Shown here: one piece after another, positions 10,216-19,538 of the stretch
Layout of the letters: each line of letters begins with the position of its first letter
How positions within the stretch are numbered: position 1 is the first letter of the stretch
NCBI GenBank assembly: GCA_937123825.1
Contig: CAKZKQ010000402.1
Location: forward strand, 922 to 64,921
DNA from: an uncultured Pseudomonadota bacterium
Lineage (GTDB): Bacteria; Myxococcota_A; Bradymonadia; Bradymonadales; GCA-2716585
DNA: 64,000 bases
Direction of reading: 5' to 3'
The notes under the pieces: model-generated
The model's database searches: none
Seen by the model: the letters and a program-made list of their open reading frames with translations, nothing else
Told to the model about the DNA's origin: nothing
Translations under genes and position numbers: made by a program

Positions 10216-11041
10216 GGGCTTCGGTGGCGTCATCGCAGCCGCCGGGCTGGTGGACGATGACGTAGCGGGTGGAGGCCAAGCCTTCGAGCGGCACCAGCGC
10301 GACGCCCTTTGGGGCCACGCAGCAACCGTTGACCACCGCCAGACCCAAACCCAAGGCCACAAAGTGCAGCATCAGCGGCCAACCCGAGGCCTCGACCTCC
10401 ACCTTCCAGGGGACCGAGCGGGCCGAGAGGGCCAGTGAGAGTTGTTGGCGAAGGGCGCTGCCGGGAGGTGGCACCACGAGGGGCTGATCGCGCAGCGCCT
10501 CAAGCGTCAGCCTCGGCTCGGTCGCCAAAGGATGCTCGGAGGGCACGGCCAACATGGGCTCGTATCGGGCCAGCGTCGTCACCTCCCAGCGCTCCATGTC
10601 TTCATCGTAGACCGTGACGCCCAACTGCGCGCGGCCCGAGCCCAGCGCATCCAGACAGCGTTGCCGGTCGAGGGTCCACAAGCGCAGCGGCACCTGATGG
10701 GTGGCTCGGAAGCGCTCAATTCCTGCGCCCAGGATATAGAGATAGGCCCCCTGCCCTGCGGCCAGGATGATGGGGGCGCTGCGGCGGCGCTGGTGGAGTT
10801 GGTCCAGAAACTCGTGGCGCCGGGCGACGTCCTGGCGAGCAAAGCGGGCGACCTCAAGCCCTGCGGGGGTGAGGTACAGCGCGCGGCCCTGGCGCGTGTA
10901 GAGCGGTGCGCCGACCGCCTCTGAGAGCCGGGTGACCTGGGCGTGGAGCGCGGGCTGGGACATGTGCATCGCGGCGGCGGCGTGGGTAAAGTTGAGGTGT
11001 TCGGCAAAGACGGCGAAGGCCGCCAACCAGTCGCTGCGCAT
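10175..11041 (-). CDS. LysR-family transcriptional regulator
   Basis: N-terminal HTH FTHAAAAMHMSQPALHAQVTRLSEAVGAPLYTRQGRALYLTPAG. AGAGGA RBS 6 nt upstream of the ATG at 11041. 288 aa, typical LysR substrate-binding fold length. Confidence 0.85.
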   Translation of the reverse strand: MRSDWLAAFAVFAEHLNFTHAAAAMHMSQPALHAQVTRLSEAVGAPLYTRQGRALYLTPAGLEVARFARQDVARRHEFLDQLHQRRRSAPIILAAGQGAYLYILGAGIERFRATHQVPLRLWTLDRQRCLDALGSGRAQLGVTVYDEDMERWEVTTLARYEPMLAVPSEHPLATEPRLTLEALRDQPLVVPPPGSALRQQLSLALSARSVPWKVEVEASGWPLMLHFVALGLGLAVVNGCCVAPKGVALVPLEGLASTRYVIVHQPGGCDDATEALKKCLMAQRAALG

Positions 11042-11080
11042 GGTTGTCCTCTTGGCTTGTCATGGCAAAGGCATCAAAAG

Positions 11081-11099
11081 CTATCTGTTTTACCGATAG
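11081..11099. promoter_or_regulatory. Putative LysR-type binding dyad (T-N11-A) in the divergent LysR / kptA intergenic region
   Basis: CTATCtgttttaccGATAG is a perfect 5-bp inverted repeat with a 9-bp spacer (ATC-N9-GAT). It lies 40 bp upstream of the lysR start, between the divergent genes. Confidence 0.35.
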
Positions 11100-11229
11100 A
11101 CACTCAGAAAATAGAGCTTTTTTTTATAACAAACGGCCCCAAATCAAAAGCGGGCCAGGCAACAACGCGCTGGTCACAGCAAAATCAAGACTTCGGCGCT
11201 GCGTGCGCGGCCCGACCAGACATAGATGA

Positions 11230-11875
11230 GGCCAACGCCATGAACCCGCACAAACTCAAACACAAGAGCAAGAAGCTGTCTTGGTTGCTGCGCCACGGCG
11301 CCAACGAGAGCCGATTGGAGATGGACGAGGCAGGGTGGGTGGAGATCGCCGACGTCCTGCAACAGATGCGCATGACCACCGACGACCTCTACCTTGTCGT
11401 GCGCGAGAACAATAAATCTCGCCTGGAAGTCCAGGGCGACCGCATCCGCGCCTGTCAGGGACACTCGACCGAGGGCACGCCGGTGACGTGTGACGCGCTG
11501 GAGCGCTCCTGGGTTCAGTACAAAGGCGACGCGCCGGTGTGGCACGGCACGTCGCTGGAGGCGCTGGGCTCCATCAAGTCCACCGGCATCAGCGCCCAGC
11601 GCCGCACCCACGTCCACCTCTCAGAGGGGCTCCATAGCCGCACGGGCAAGCGCGCTGGCGTGGCGGTCATGCTGGAAGTCTGCCCGGTCAAAATGCGCGC
11701 GGCGGGGCTGGGCATCTTCCGCAGCCCCAACGGGGTCCTTCTGGCCCGGCGCGTACCCCCGGCGTGCATCACGGGCGCGGTGCCCATGACCCGCAAAGCC
11801 CAGGAGCGGCGCGGCACCATCGCCCGCGCCTTTGCGCTCAAAGGGAAAGACGCAGCGACAGGGTCGAGCCAATGA
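11230..11875 (+). CDS. kptA: RNA 2'-phosphotransferase, Tpt1/KptA family
   Basis: MNPHKLKHKSKKLSWLLRHGANES...GWVEIADV...RIRACQGHSTEG...WHGTSLEALGSIKSTGIS...HVHLSEG matches the KptA hallmarks (LSxxLRH, QGHS, HGT, HVHLS). The longer ORF from 10943 overlaps lysR and is rejected as an extension. Confidence 0.75.
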
Positions 11876-12800
11876 CCGAGAGGTCGTCATGGCCAGGATC
11901 AATGCTGGCCGAGCTGTAGAGCACCCCAATGAGCGCCCAGTGTTGGCTGACGTCCCACTGCAAGCCGCCCCAGGCCGTAAAGACCCCCTCAAGCTTGAAC
12001 ACATCGATGTCGCTCTCGCTCTCGGGGCCACTGCAGTTGAAGTCTTCACAGGTGGTGACCACGGTCTGGCGTCCGATGGTCGAGGGGGTCCATTGGATCA
12101 TCGCGCCGCCCAGCAGATGCAGATCGCCTGCGCCCATCGCCAGCGCCCCCTGGAGGCCAACGTGGGAGGCGATTTTAAAACGATCGCGCTGCGTGCCGGC
12201 GGGGATCAGACTCCCGGTGGTGCTGCCACCAAAGTCGATCCCGTCGTTGGGGTTGGTGTCGGTGATGGTGGTCGTGGTGCTGCCTTTGATGGCGCGCTGG
12301 TAGGGCAAGACCAGCCCCTCAAAACCCGTGTCGATGTCCAACTGCAAGCGATCTTCGTTGATCAACCCGTATCGCACGCCCATGCCAAAGCCCACCACGG
12401 CGTTGGGGTTGCGCCCTTCCAGGTCGACGCCCTTGATGTGCCGTCCCCAGTTGGCGCCGATGTAGCGCGCCGAGGCGCTGATTTGAGCGCGCGGGTGGAT
12501 GCCGACCATCACCGACGCACCCGCCTTGCGCGCAGCGATCTGGTTGCCCGAACGCTTCTCGGACTCATCGGAGGTCTTCAAGATCTCCTCGTAGGTTCCC
12601 TGGATGGCCACCTGATTGCGCTCCAGGCGACGCCCAGCGGGCGCCTGAGGTCCGCCAGCGGGGATGACGGCCTCGGTGAAGACCTCGCGGGTGGTGGTTG
12701 TGGTGGTGGAGATGCAGCCCAGCAGGATGCTGCCCACCACAACCACGGCCTCCAAAATCACAAGCCGCTTCCAGACGTCTTTGGGAATGCGCACGTTCAT
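11838..12800 (-). CDS. Lipoprotein (LLGC lipobox), beta-rich, possibly outer-membrane associated
   Basis: Start MNVRIPKDVWKRLVILEAVVVVGSILLGCIS with GGAGAAGG RBS. Thr-run linker, then a Gly/Thr-rich beta-strand-like body. Confidence 0.55.
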   Translation of the reverse strand: MNVRIPKDVWKRLVILEAVVVVGSILLGCISTTTTTTREVFTEAVIPAGGPQAPAGRRLERNQVAIQGTYEEILKTSDESEKRSGNQIAARKAGASVMVGIHPRAQISASARYIGANWGRHIKGVDLEGRNPNAVVGFGMGVRYGLINEDRLQLDIDTGFEGLVLPYQRAIKGSTTTTITDTNPNDGIDFGGSTTGSLIPAGTQRDRFKIASHVGLQGALAMGAGDLHLLGGAMIQWTPSTIGRQTVVTTCEDFNCSGPESESDIDVFKLEGVFTAWGGLQWDVSQHWALIGVLYSSASIDPGHDDLSVIGSTLSLRLSL

Positions 12801-13191
12801 AACCTTCTCCACCCTCATTGCCATCAGCGCTCCAGAATCCCGCCAGTGGCTCGCCGCGCTGATTCATCAATCACTTTCCTGGTGAATAGCACTCTCTGTG
12901 CCAGCCTTGCAGGATGGCGCGACGTCCCCCTTAACAAAGCCTGCCCACACCGTTGTGGCGGTCTTCACGGCCATAAAAAGGCTCATTTGGCCCACTGGCA
13001 GGCTGCGCCGAGGGGTGGACAGGCCTCTGTCCTGGATCTGGACAACGGCGGCCAACCTCTACCCCTCTGCGCAATCAAAAATCTTTTTTGTGAAACATTG
13101 CGGCGATGCTCCGTCCCAGAAGTGGGGCCAGTGAACAGGGCAAGCCTGCCACCCGATGGGAGATGCAGGCCTTTTTGGAGCACAACACACC

Positions 13192-13794
13192 ATGGAGAAC
13201 ACCAACACTTTGAACGCTCGTCGTACCCCTCTCCACGCGCGCCACAGGCTGTCGATGGCAACACTGGCGCTCCTTGGCGCTCTCTGGATGCTGGCCTCTC
13301 CGGCGAGCGCGCAGGCAAGCGGCTGGATGCTGGCGCTGGACGCTGGGGGAGGATTGGACAATGGGGGTCTGGCGGCGACCTCATCGGGCGAGGCCACCTC
13401 GGTGAGCCTGCGCGCGGGGTACCAGCTGCCGACGCCTGGGCTGAGGATCATTCCGGAGGTCAAGGCCGGGTTGATTCGATTTGGCGAGGATGGTCTGGGC
13501 AACTCGGCCCAGGAGATCCGCAGCATGCGCGCGGGGCTTAAGGTGGGTTTGCCGGGGTTCATCAGCCCGGCGATTTACGGGCATGTGGGTTACGGCAAGC
13601 TGACCGGGGTGGAAGACACCTTCCCCACGATCGCCAGCGGGACGACCTACGACGCGGGGCTGGCGCTCGACTTGACGCTCCTGCCCATGATCAACCTGGG
13701 CATCCACGCCGGGGTCAACGGCATGATCGACGAAAACCGCAGCGAGACCCTGCGCTGGTACGACGCTGGGGCCCACATTGAGGTGATCTTCTGA
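13192..13794 (+). CDS. Small outer-membrane beta-barrel-like protein with signal peptide
   Basis: RR-containing n-region plus MATLALLGALWMLASPASAQA signal peptide. Alternating hydrophobic beta-strands and a C-terminal ...HIEVIF ending in Phe, which is the OMP beta-barrel signature. Confidence 0.55.
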   Translation: MENTNTLNARRTPLHARHRLSMATLALLGALWMLASPASAQASGWMLALDAGGGLDNGGLAATSSGEATSVSLRAGYQLPTPGLRIIPEVKAGLIRFGEDGLGNSAQEIRSMRAGLKVGLPGFISPAIYGHVGYGKLTGVEDTFPTIASGTTYDAGLALDLTLLPMINLGIHAGVNGMIDENRSETLRWYDAGAHIEVIF

Positions 13795-13815
13795 TCGCTT
13801 TGGGGTCTGCGGCGC

Positions 13816-14757
13816 CTACGAACGCAGCAATGTGTACTCATCCATGTCAAAGCGATCGACTTCGGCGCCGTCTGGTCCAAACCAGACCCCTCTCCAACTG
13901 AAGGTCGGCACCTCGCGCTCGTCAAAGGCCACCTCCATGGTCACATTCAGGCGCTCTCCGGCGGCCGCCTGGCGCGGCACCACAGGAAAGAACGACTGAC
14001 GCCAGTGGGTGCTGGGCGCCGACGGCCCGGTGCTCATGGTGACGTTTGGCGCCCAGTCGACATCAAACCACCCGGCCAACCCCGAGACCATCGTGTCGTC
14101 CTCAAAGCGCCAGGAGGCCTCCAGGGTCATCTGCCTGGGGCGCTCAAAGGGATCAAAGTCGGCCACCTGAGCCACTTTGGACTTCAAGAGCGCCTCGTGC
14201 GCGTCCATGACCAGCATCTGGTGGTAGTTGGCCGGGACAAAGACCGACAGGTCCAGCCCCTCCCAGGGCTCCGACCAGAACCGCCGGGGGTCCCAGAAGG
14301 GGCGGCTGTCGATGGGCTGCAAGAAGAGTTGGACCCGGGTCGGGCCGCGCCGCCCGCCAGGCTTGAGCCAGCGGCGCGCAAAGGCGCCCACGGCGTCAAA
14401 CATCGCGTCTGTGAGCCCAAAGTTGCCCAGACACTCCGAAAAGACCACGTCGACCTGCTCGGGAAGCTCCACTTTGGCCACATCTGCCTGAATGAAGACC
14501 ATCTGATCAAGGCCGTTGTCCTGGGCCATTCGACCGGCCCAGTGCACGATCGGGCTGGCGTCGATGGCGTATACGCGCGCCGCGCCCGCCTTCCTGGCCA
14601 ACGCCGCCAGGACACCCGTGCCCGTGCCCAGGTCCGCCACCACGTCTCCGGGGCGGACCAGATCGGCGATCATCGCCTTGAGCGCCTCGGTGCGCGCCTC
14701 ATCCTGCAACATCCACTTGTGATACCCAACCTGAACGCGGTGTCCCTCCGCCGCCAT
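13816..14757 (-). CDS. Protein arginine N-methyltransferase (PRMT)-like class I SAM methyltransferase
   Basis: Motif I VVADLGTGTGVLAALA, post-I VYAIDASP, motif II/double-E region VDVVFSECLGNFGL, LKPGG, and a THW loop (PSAPSTHWRQSFFPV) that is characteristic of PRMTs. AGGAGG RBS 6 nt before the ATG at 14757. Confidence 0.7.
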   Translation of the reverse strand: MAAEGHRVQVGYHKWMLQDEARTEALKAMIADLVRPGDVVADLGTGTGVLAALARKAGAARVYAIDASPIVHWAGRMAQDNGLDQMVFIQADVAKVELPEQVDVVFSECLGNFGLTDAMFDAVGAFARRWLKPGGRRGPTRVQLFLQPIDSRPFWDPRRFWSEPWEGLDLSVFVPANYHQMLVMDAHEALLKSKVAQVADFDPFERPRQMTLEASWRFEDDTMVSGLAGWFDVDWAPNVTMSTGPSAPSTHWRQSFFPVVPRQAAAGERLNVTMEVAFDEREVPTFSWRGVWFGPDGAEVDRFDMDEYTLLRS

Positions 14758-15028
14758 CGCAACCTCCTCTTGTGTATGGCGTCAGGTCCTGTTGAGGTAA
14801 GGGGACCGAGTCCGGTGGTGACGAGAACGAGGCAAAATCGCTTTTGACAACCGAACTCGTGCCGGGGGCACGTGGGAGGGCGTCGGGAGCGATCTTGGCC
14901 GTTGTCGGCCCACCGGCGACGGGAGCTTACGTCAACAGGACCTAATGCTTGCCCAATCGGGCCGATCCTGACCAAAAATGCCCTCTGGGATCAAGCCCGA
15001 TCCCCAAAAAGCGCCAAGCCATAACTTG

Positions 15029-15072
15029 ACAACCTGTCGGGAAACCATTAAAAACCCGACAACCTGTCAGGT
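15029..15072. promoter_or_regulatory. Putative TetR operator: direct and inverted repeats upstream of the tetR gene
   Basis: acaacctgtcggg (15029-15041) and acaacctgtcagg (15059-15071) are direct repeats. TGTCGGG-N13-CCCGACA is an inverted repeat. ACCTG-T-CAGGT is a palindrome, 45 bp upstream of the TetR ATG. Confidence 0.3.
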
Positions 15073-15115
15073 TAAACCAGATCGATTCGGTTTACAGACA
15101 GCAAAGGACACCCCC

Positions 15116-15715
15116 ATGGGTCGCAAACTCGACATCTCCAAACGCGATGAAATCGCCCAACGCGCCGTCACGCTCCTCAAAGAGCGCGGCCCCCACCGCC
15201 TCTCCATGAGCGAGCTTGCCCGGGCGCTGGAGATGAAGCGCTCCACGCTCTACTGGTACTTTGGCAACATGGAGGCCATCTTCGAATGGACGCTGCGCTC
15301 GGTGCTGGAACAACTGGCCCACGCCTCGGCCCAGCGCCTGATCGGCGCCGAGCACCCCATTGACGCCCTCTTCCAGTTTGCCCTGGCGGTGGACGACTTC
15401 TTCAAAGACCGCGCCGACACGCTGGTCTTCCTCTTTCAGCTCTGGAGCGCCAGCGGCGGCACCGGCCCCGAGCTGGCCGTGGAGATCAGCAGCGAATACT
15501 TCCTGCCGCGCCGCCAGATGGCCATCGCGATGATTGAATCGGGCATCGAGGCGAGCCTGGTGGCCCCCTGCGACCCGGCCGCGCTGGTGCACTTTGTCAG
15601 CGCCTTCATCGACGGCCTGCTGGTCCAGCGCATCGCAGACCCCGAACACCTGCCCGCACTGCACGACTTTCTTTGGAAGCATGTGTTGGAGCCGCTCAAG
15701 CTCCAGCCCACCTAG
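15116..15715 (+). CDS. TetR/AcrR-family transcriptional regulator
   Basis: N-terminal HTH DEIAQRAVTLLKERGPHRLSMSELARALEMKRSTLYWYFGNMEAI. AAAGGA RBS. 199 aa. Confidence 0.8.
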   Translation: MGRKLDISKRDEIAQRAVTLLKERGPHRLSMSELARALEMKRSTLYWYFGNMEAIFEWTLRSVLEQLAHASAQRLIGAEHPIDALFQFALAVDDFFKDRADTLVFLFQLWSASGGTGPELAVEISSEYFLPRRQMAIAMIESGIEASLVAPCDPAALVHFVSAFIDGLLVQRIADPEHLPALHDFLWKHVLEPLKLQPT

Positions 15716-15737
15716 CCCCCACACCCAGGACACCGCC

Positions 15738-17453
15738 ATGACGACCAACAACCACGCCCACCGACGCCCTCACCCCCTCTTTATCGCCCACCTGCGCGGC
15801 ACGCAGGCCCAGATGGGCGCTCAGCACGGCGCCATGACCCGCGCGGCCGGAGGCTGGCAGCAGGTGATGGACTACTACCCGCGCATGCCCGAGATTCTGG
15901 TGGCGGGGGATTCGGCGGTGGGGCGCATGGCGGTGCGCCCTTTGGTGGAGTTGGGCGCGGCGGCGCTGGAGCAGGTTCGCCCCAAAGAACTTCGCGGCCG
16001 CTCGCGGGCCTTTGTGGAGGCGCTGGGGATGCCCGCAGGCCTTTCCCGTCACTACCAGTGCATGGACGTCTTCCAGAACCTGGTCAACCTGGCGGGCCGC
16101 TACCGCCTGGGGCCCTTCGCCAATCGACTCTTGGAGCAGGCCCCGGCGGCGTGCTCGACGCTGGTGACCTGGGGGGCGGCCTCGGACGATGGGACGCTGC
16201 GCCACGCGCGCAACTTTGACTTCCCCGGGGTGGGGATCTGGGAGCGGCTGCCGGCGATCGCCTTCTGCACGCCCGACAAGGGGCTGCGTTACGGCTTTGT
16301 GACCGTGCGCGGCGGCGACATCCCCGCCGTGAGCGCCTTCAACGAGGCGGGTCTGGTGCTGACCACCCACACGCGCTTTCACAGAGACGCCCGCTGGCGC
16401 GGCATGGGGATCGTGGACCTGGGCCACGAGATCATCCGCAACGCCACCACCCTGGCCGAGGCCGAGGCCATCATCCGTCGCCGCCCCATCGCCTCATCCT
16501 GGGGTTTTTGCGTCTCGTCGGCCAAAGAGCGCCGCTCGGTCTGCTTTGAAGTCTGCGGCCCACACGTCCACGTGGTTGAGCCCGGCGCCCAGGAAGACTT
16601 CCTGGCGGTCACCAACCACTACGTGCACCCCGAGATGCAAAAGGGGCAGGTCGTCGTCTCTCCGGCCTTCATGCGCAACACCGTCGGCCGCTACGACTGC
16701 CTGCGCTCGCTGGCCGCCAAGGGCGCCATGGGCACCGCCCAGATGCAGGCGGCGCTGGGCGCCTACATGGACGTCGACAACGGCGTTGAGCGGGCCGCCG
16801 GAGGCGTGGTGGCGCAGGTCCTCTCGGTCCACAGCGTCGTCATCGAGCCCGAAAACCAGCGCCTGTGCATGTCGCTCGGCCCAGTGCCCACCGGCAACGG
16901 CCCCTGGGCCACGATCGACTGGGACTGGCGCGACGAGCCGGGCTTCACCATCGAGCGCTTTGATGACCAACTCGACAAGATGCCCACCTACCACAGCCCC
17001 CGCTACGGCCAGGGAGAGGCCGCCGAGGCAATGGCGTTCTTTGTGGAGGCTGCGGCGATCTCAGGGCGCGCGGGCGATCCAGACGCCGCCGACGCGGCGC
17101 TGAACAAGGCCGTGGCGCTGGACCCAACCGAGGCGACCTACCGCCTGATGGCGGGCGGCTCGCGGCTGCGGGCAAACGACCCCCACGGGGCGCTGGAACA
17201 CTTTTACAAGGGGCTGGAGCACGAAAAGGGACCGTTCTACCGGGGCCAGCTGCTGCTCTGGGCCACGCGGGCGGCCAACGCAGCGGCCGATGAAGTGGTG
17301 GCCAGCAACCTGCGCCGCGAGTTGATGGCGCTCGATCACCCGCTGCTGGCCGAACACAAGCACCAGGCAAGCCGGGAAGCCCGGGCGCCGCTGAGCGCCT
17401 CGGCGCTGACCCGCACCCGGCTCAACTACCACCTGGGCGATCTGAACCTCTGA
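15738..17453 (+). CDS. C45-family / Ntn-hydrolase-like peptidase (acyl-CoA:6-APA acyltransferase-like) with C-terminal TPR repeats
   Basis: Ntn signature AAC-S-TLVTWGAASDDGTLRHARNFDFPG (nucleophile Cys followed by S/T, then RNFD). Likely co-transcribed with tetR (22-bp gap). The C-terminal about 150 aa are TPR-like. Confidence 0.6.
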   Translation: MTTNNHAHRRPHPLFIAHLRGTQAQMGAQHGAMTRAAGGWQQVMDYYPRMPEILVAGDSAVGRMAVRPLVELGAAALEQVRPKELRGRSRAFVEALGMPAGLSRHYQCMDVFQNLVNLAGRYRLGPFANRLLEQAPAACSTLVTWGAASDDGTLRHARNFDFPGVGIWERLPAIAFCTPDKGLRYGFVTVRGGDIPAVSAFNEAGLVLTTHTRFHRDARWRGMGIVDLGHEIIRNATTLAEAEAIIRRRPIASSWGFCVSSAKERRSVCFEVCGPHVHVVEPGAQEDFLAVTNHYVHPEMQKGQVVVSPAFMRNTVGRYDCLRSLAAKGAMGTAQMQAALGAYMDVDNGVERAAGGVVAQVLSVHSVVIEPENQRLCMSLGPVPTGNGPWATIDWDWRDEPGFTIERFDDQLDKMPTYHSPRYGQGEAAEAMAFFVEAAAISGRAGDPDAADAALNKAVALDPTEATYRLMAGGSRLRANDPHGALEHFYKGLEHEKGPFYRGQLLLWATRAANAAADEVVASNLRRELMALDHPLLAEHKHQASREARAPLSASALTRTRLNYHLGDLNL

Positions 17454-17467
17454 AATGAGGCAGGACG

Positions 17468-18034
17468 TCAACGGGCATGGGCGGCGGCTTTGGCGGTGGT
17501 CTTGGCCAAGGTCTCCTCGCGCGCAGGCAAGGTCATATACCCCTCACTTGTCCCCACAACCTCCCCATCAAACATGGGGCTCGGCTTGCGCTCGCCCAAC
17601 CGCGCCATAAACGCCAGGATGGCCAGCATGGCGTAGAGCATCGAGATCAAAATCCCCCCAGGGCCGCCATCGGAAAAGACCCAGATGACGCTCCCCAACC
17701 CCAACAGCGCGTGGTAGAGGGTCGTTGAGGCCCAGTGCAGACGCGCCCAGCGGGGCTTCTCAGAGCGACCACTGAAGCCCAGGTAGCTGAGGTTGCCCCA
17801 CAAGAGGCTCAGCCCCCAACCCACCAGACCCAGCAAGCCCAGGCCCACCGGGATGCCTTCCAAGCCATTGGTCATGGCTGCCATGCCAAAAAAGATGCCG
17901 ATGAGGGCAAACGGCAGCCCCAGCACGCCCGTGATCGAAAAGACGCTGGCGGCGACAATGCCCCAACGCCCGCTGCGACGACCTCTATAGCTCCAGGGGA
18001 CATCCCACCCAGTGGGAGTGATTGACTTGGTCAT
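17468..18034 (-). CDS. Small integral membrane protein (about 4 TM helices), unknown function
   Basis: GGAGGG RBS 5 nt upstream of the MTKSIT start. Hydrophobic segments IVAASVFSITGVLGLPFALIGIFFGMAA, GLGLLGLVGWGLSLLWG, LLGLGSVIWVF, ILISMLYAMLAILAF. Confidence 0.55.
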   Translation of the reverse strand: MTKSITPTGWDVPWSYRGRRSGRWGIVAASVFSITGVLGLPFALIGIFFGMAAMTNGLEGIPVGLGLLGLVGWGLSLLWGNLSYLGFSGRSEKPRWARLHWASTTLYHALLGLGSVIWVFSDGGPGGILISMLYAMLAILAFMARLGERKPSPMFDGEVVGTSEGYMTLPAREETLAKTTAKAAAHAR

Positions 18035-18328
18035 GGTGGCCCTCCTTGGATGCCGCGCCTGTCCACACACCATGCAGACGCGCGACACGCTGGGCGCTGA
18101 GCTTCAGGGCGATGAAAACCCCCAACACACAACGCCGGTCTCAGACCAGAGGATGCACAACATGCGGTGAAAAGCGCAAACGCCCCATCACCTCGCTTCT
18201 GCTTCCCTGGACTTTGAGTTGTTCATGACGGCGTGAACAACTTCAACATGCCACACATTTAATGCCGCCAGCGACGATGCGCAAGGTGTATTCGTGACAG
18301 TGCACGACACTTTTACACGCACCGACCC

Positions 18329-19471
18329 TCAGCGCAGCTCGGCGGCCCCATCAGGCCCAAAACACCACGCGCGTCCGTCGTTCAAAGGCACCACCAAAGA
18401 CACCTCGCCCTCACCACCGACCGTCTCCCAGGACACCTGCCCCTCGGTCCGAGTCCGCACCACACCGCCTGTCCCACACGCCCACAACCATCGATCGTCG
18501 GGCGAAAAGGCCAAACACGCCCCGCTGTCCTGTGACCAACCATTGTCGGGCGCCTTGATCTGCGCTCCCCTCTTGGCCCCTGCCAGCGCCCAAAGACCCA
18601 CAACGCCCTTCTCACCGTCCACAAAGGCCACCATGGTCCGGCCCATATGCACCGCCACAACCCGCTCCATCAGCGTCGGCAAACCCATCGCCTCCATCTG
18701 CCAGATCAGGTACACCAACGCATCGTCCTCATACTGGGCCGTCAACAAGGTGTCCCCCGCACCAAAACGACCCATCACCAACCCCTCAGGACCCAACAAC
18801 CCCCCTGGCGCCAACTGGACTTGCTCAAAATCCACCTCCCAGAGCCGCCCACCGGCATCCAGAACATGAAAAATCGGCCCCGAAGCGTGGATCTTCACCG
18901 CCAAAGGCATGTCCGCCTCCAAAGACACGCTCTTGACCGCCGCCGCCCCCTTTTCCTTGAGGTCGATCACATACACCGTCCCAAAATCGCCCTGAACCAC
19001 CACAAAGCGCCCATCAGGGCTGAAGTGCACGTTGGTGTCTCCCTCGATGTAAAGCACCGGATACGACGCCACCAAAGCCCCCGAGGCCACCTCCACCACA
19101 TGGACCGCGTTCATAGAGTCGGCCACCGCCATCATCGACCCATCGGAGGCAAACCCGACCCCAGTGGGCGAAATGGACTCCTCTGGATCCCACCCACCGC
19201 GCAAATCCCACTTCAAGCGGCCCGCCGTGTTGTCCCAAACCCTCAAATCGCTCCTGGCGTCCATGTCGGCGTAACCCCAACTGACCGTCCAACGCCCATC
19301 GGGAGACACCGCCCCCTCATAGGCGTAAAACGACCACCCCTCAGGCGCCCGCTGCGCACCCTCGGGCACCACAGACACCGCCTTGGGCACCGCATCCACC
19401 ACAGGCTTCACCGGCTGCGACCCACAACCCCACACCCACACCGCCACCAAACCCAGCCACAACCACCGCAT
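18329..19471 (-). CDS. Secreted protein or lipoprotein with WD40-like beta-propeller repeats
   Basis: MRWLWLGLVAVWVWGCGSQP signal peptide with a Cys. Repeated beta-propeller blades (DGRWTVSWGYAD..., SPDGRFVVVQGDFGTVYVIDL, FSPDDRWLWACGTGGVV). The start is chosen at the internal Met for the signal peptide. Confidence 0.55.
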   Translation of the reverse strand: MRWLWLGLVAVWVWGCGSQPVKPVVDAVPKAVSVVPEGAQRAPEGWSFYAYEGAVSPDGRWTVSWGYADMDARSDLRVWDNTAGRLKWDLRGGWDPEESISPTGVGFASDGSMMAVADSMNAVHVVEVASGALVASYPVLYIEGDTNVHFSPDGRFVVVQGDFGTVYVIDLKEKGAAAVKSVSLEADMPLAVKIHASGPIFHVLDAGGRLWEVDFEQVQLAPGGLLGPEGLVMGRFGAGDTLLTAQYEDDALVYLIWQMEAMGLPTLMERVVAVHMGRTMVAFVDGEKGVVGLWALAGAKRGAQIKAPDNGWSQDSGACLAFSPDDRWLWACGTGGVVRTRTEGQVSWETVGGEGEVSLVVPLNDGRAWCFGPDGAAELR

Positions 19472-19538
19472 CACCAACCCTCCACACACCAACACCCGTT
19501 CCTTGCCCGGCCACACCCAACCCACAGGGCCCGCAAAC

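Noticed and set aside
8474-10265. Multiple overlapping 270-455-aa ORFs in alternative frames across the HEAT-repeat gene region
   Set aside because: Pro/Arg/Ala-rich translations typical of off-frame reading in about 70% GC DNA. Only the 7651..10215 frame shows a repeat structure and coherent codon bias.
10943-11229. N-terminal extension of the KptA ORF
   Set aside because: It overlaps the LysR gene on the other strand. The KptA homology begins exactly at MNPHKLKHKSKKLSWLLRH (11230).
18218-18241. GTTGTTCA-N8-TGAACAAC hairpin between the membrane-protein and lipoprotein genes
   Set aside because: It could be a terminator or an operator, but it lies 90 bp from the nearest stop and has no T-tract or partner regulator. 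Too weak to call.
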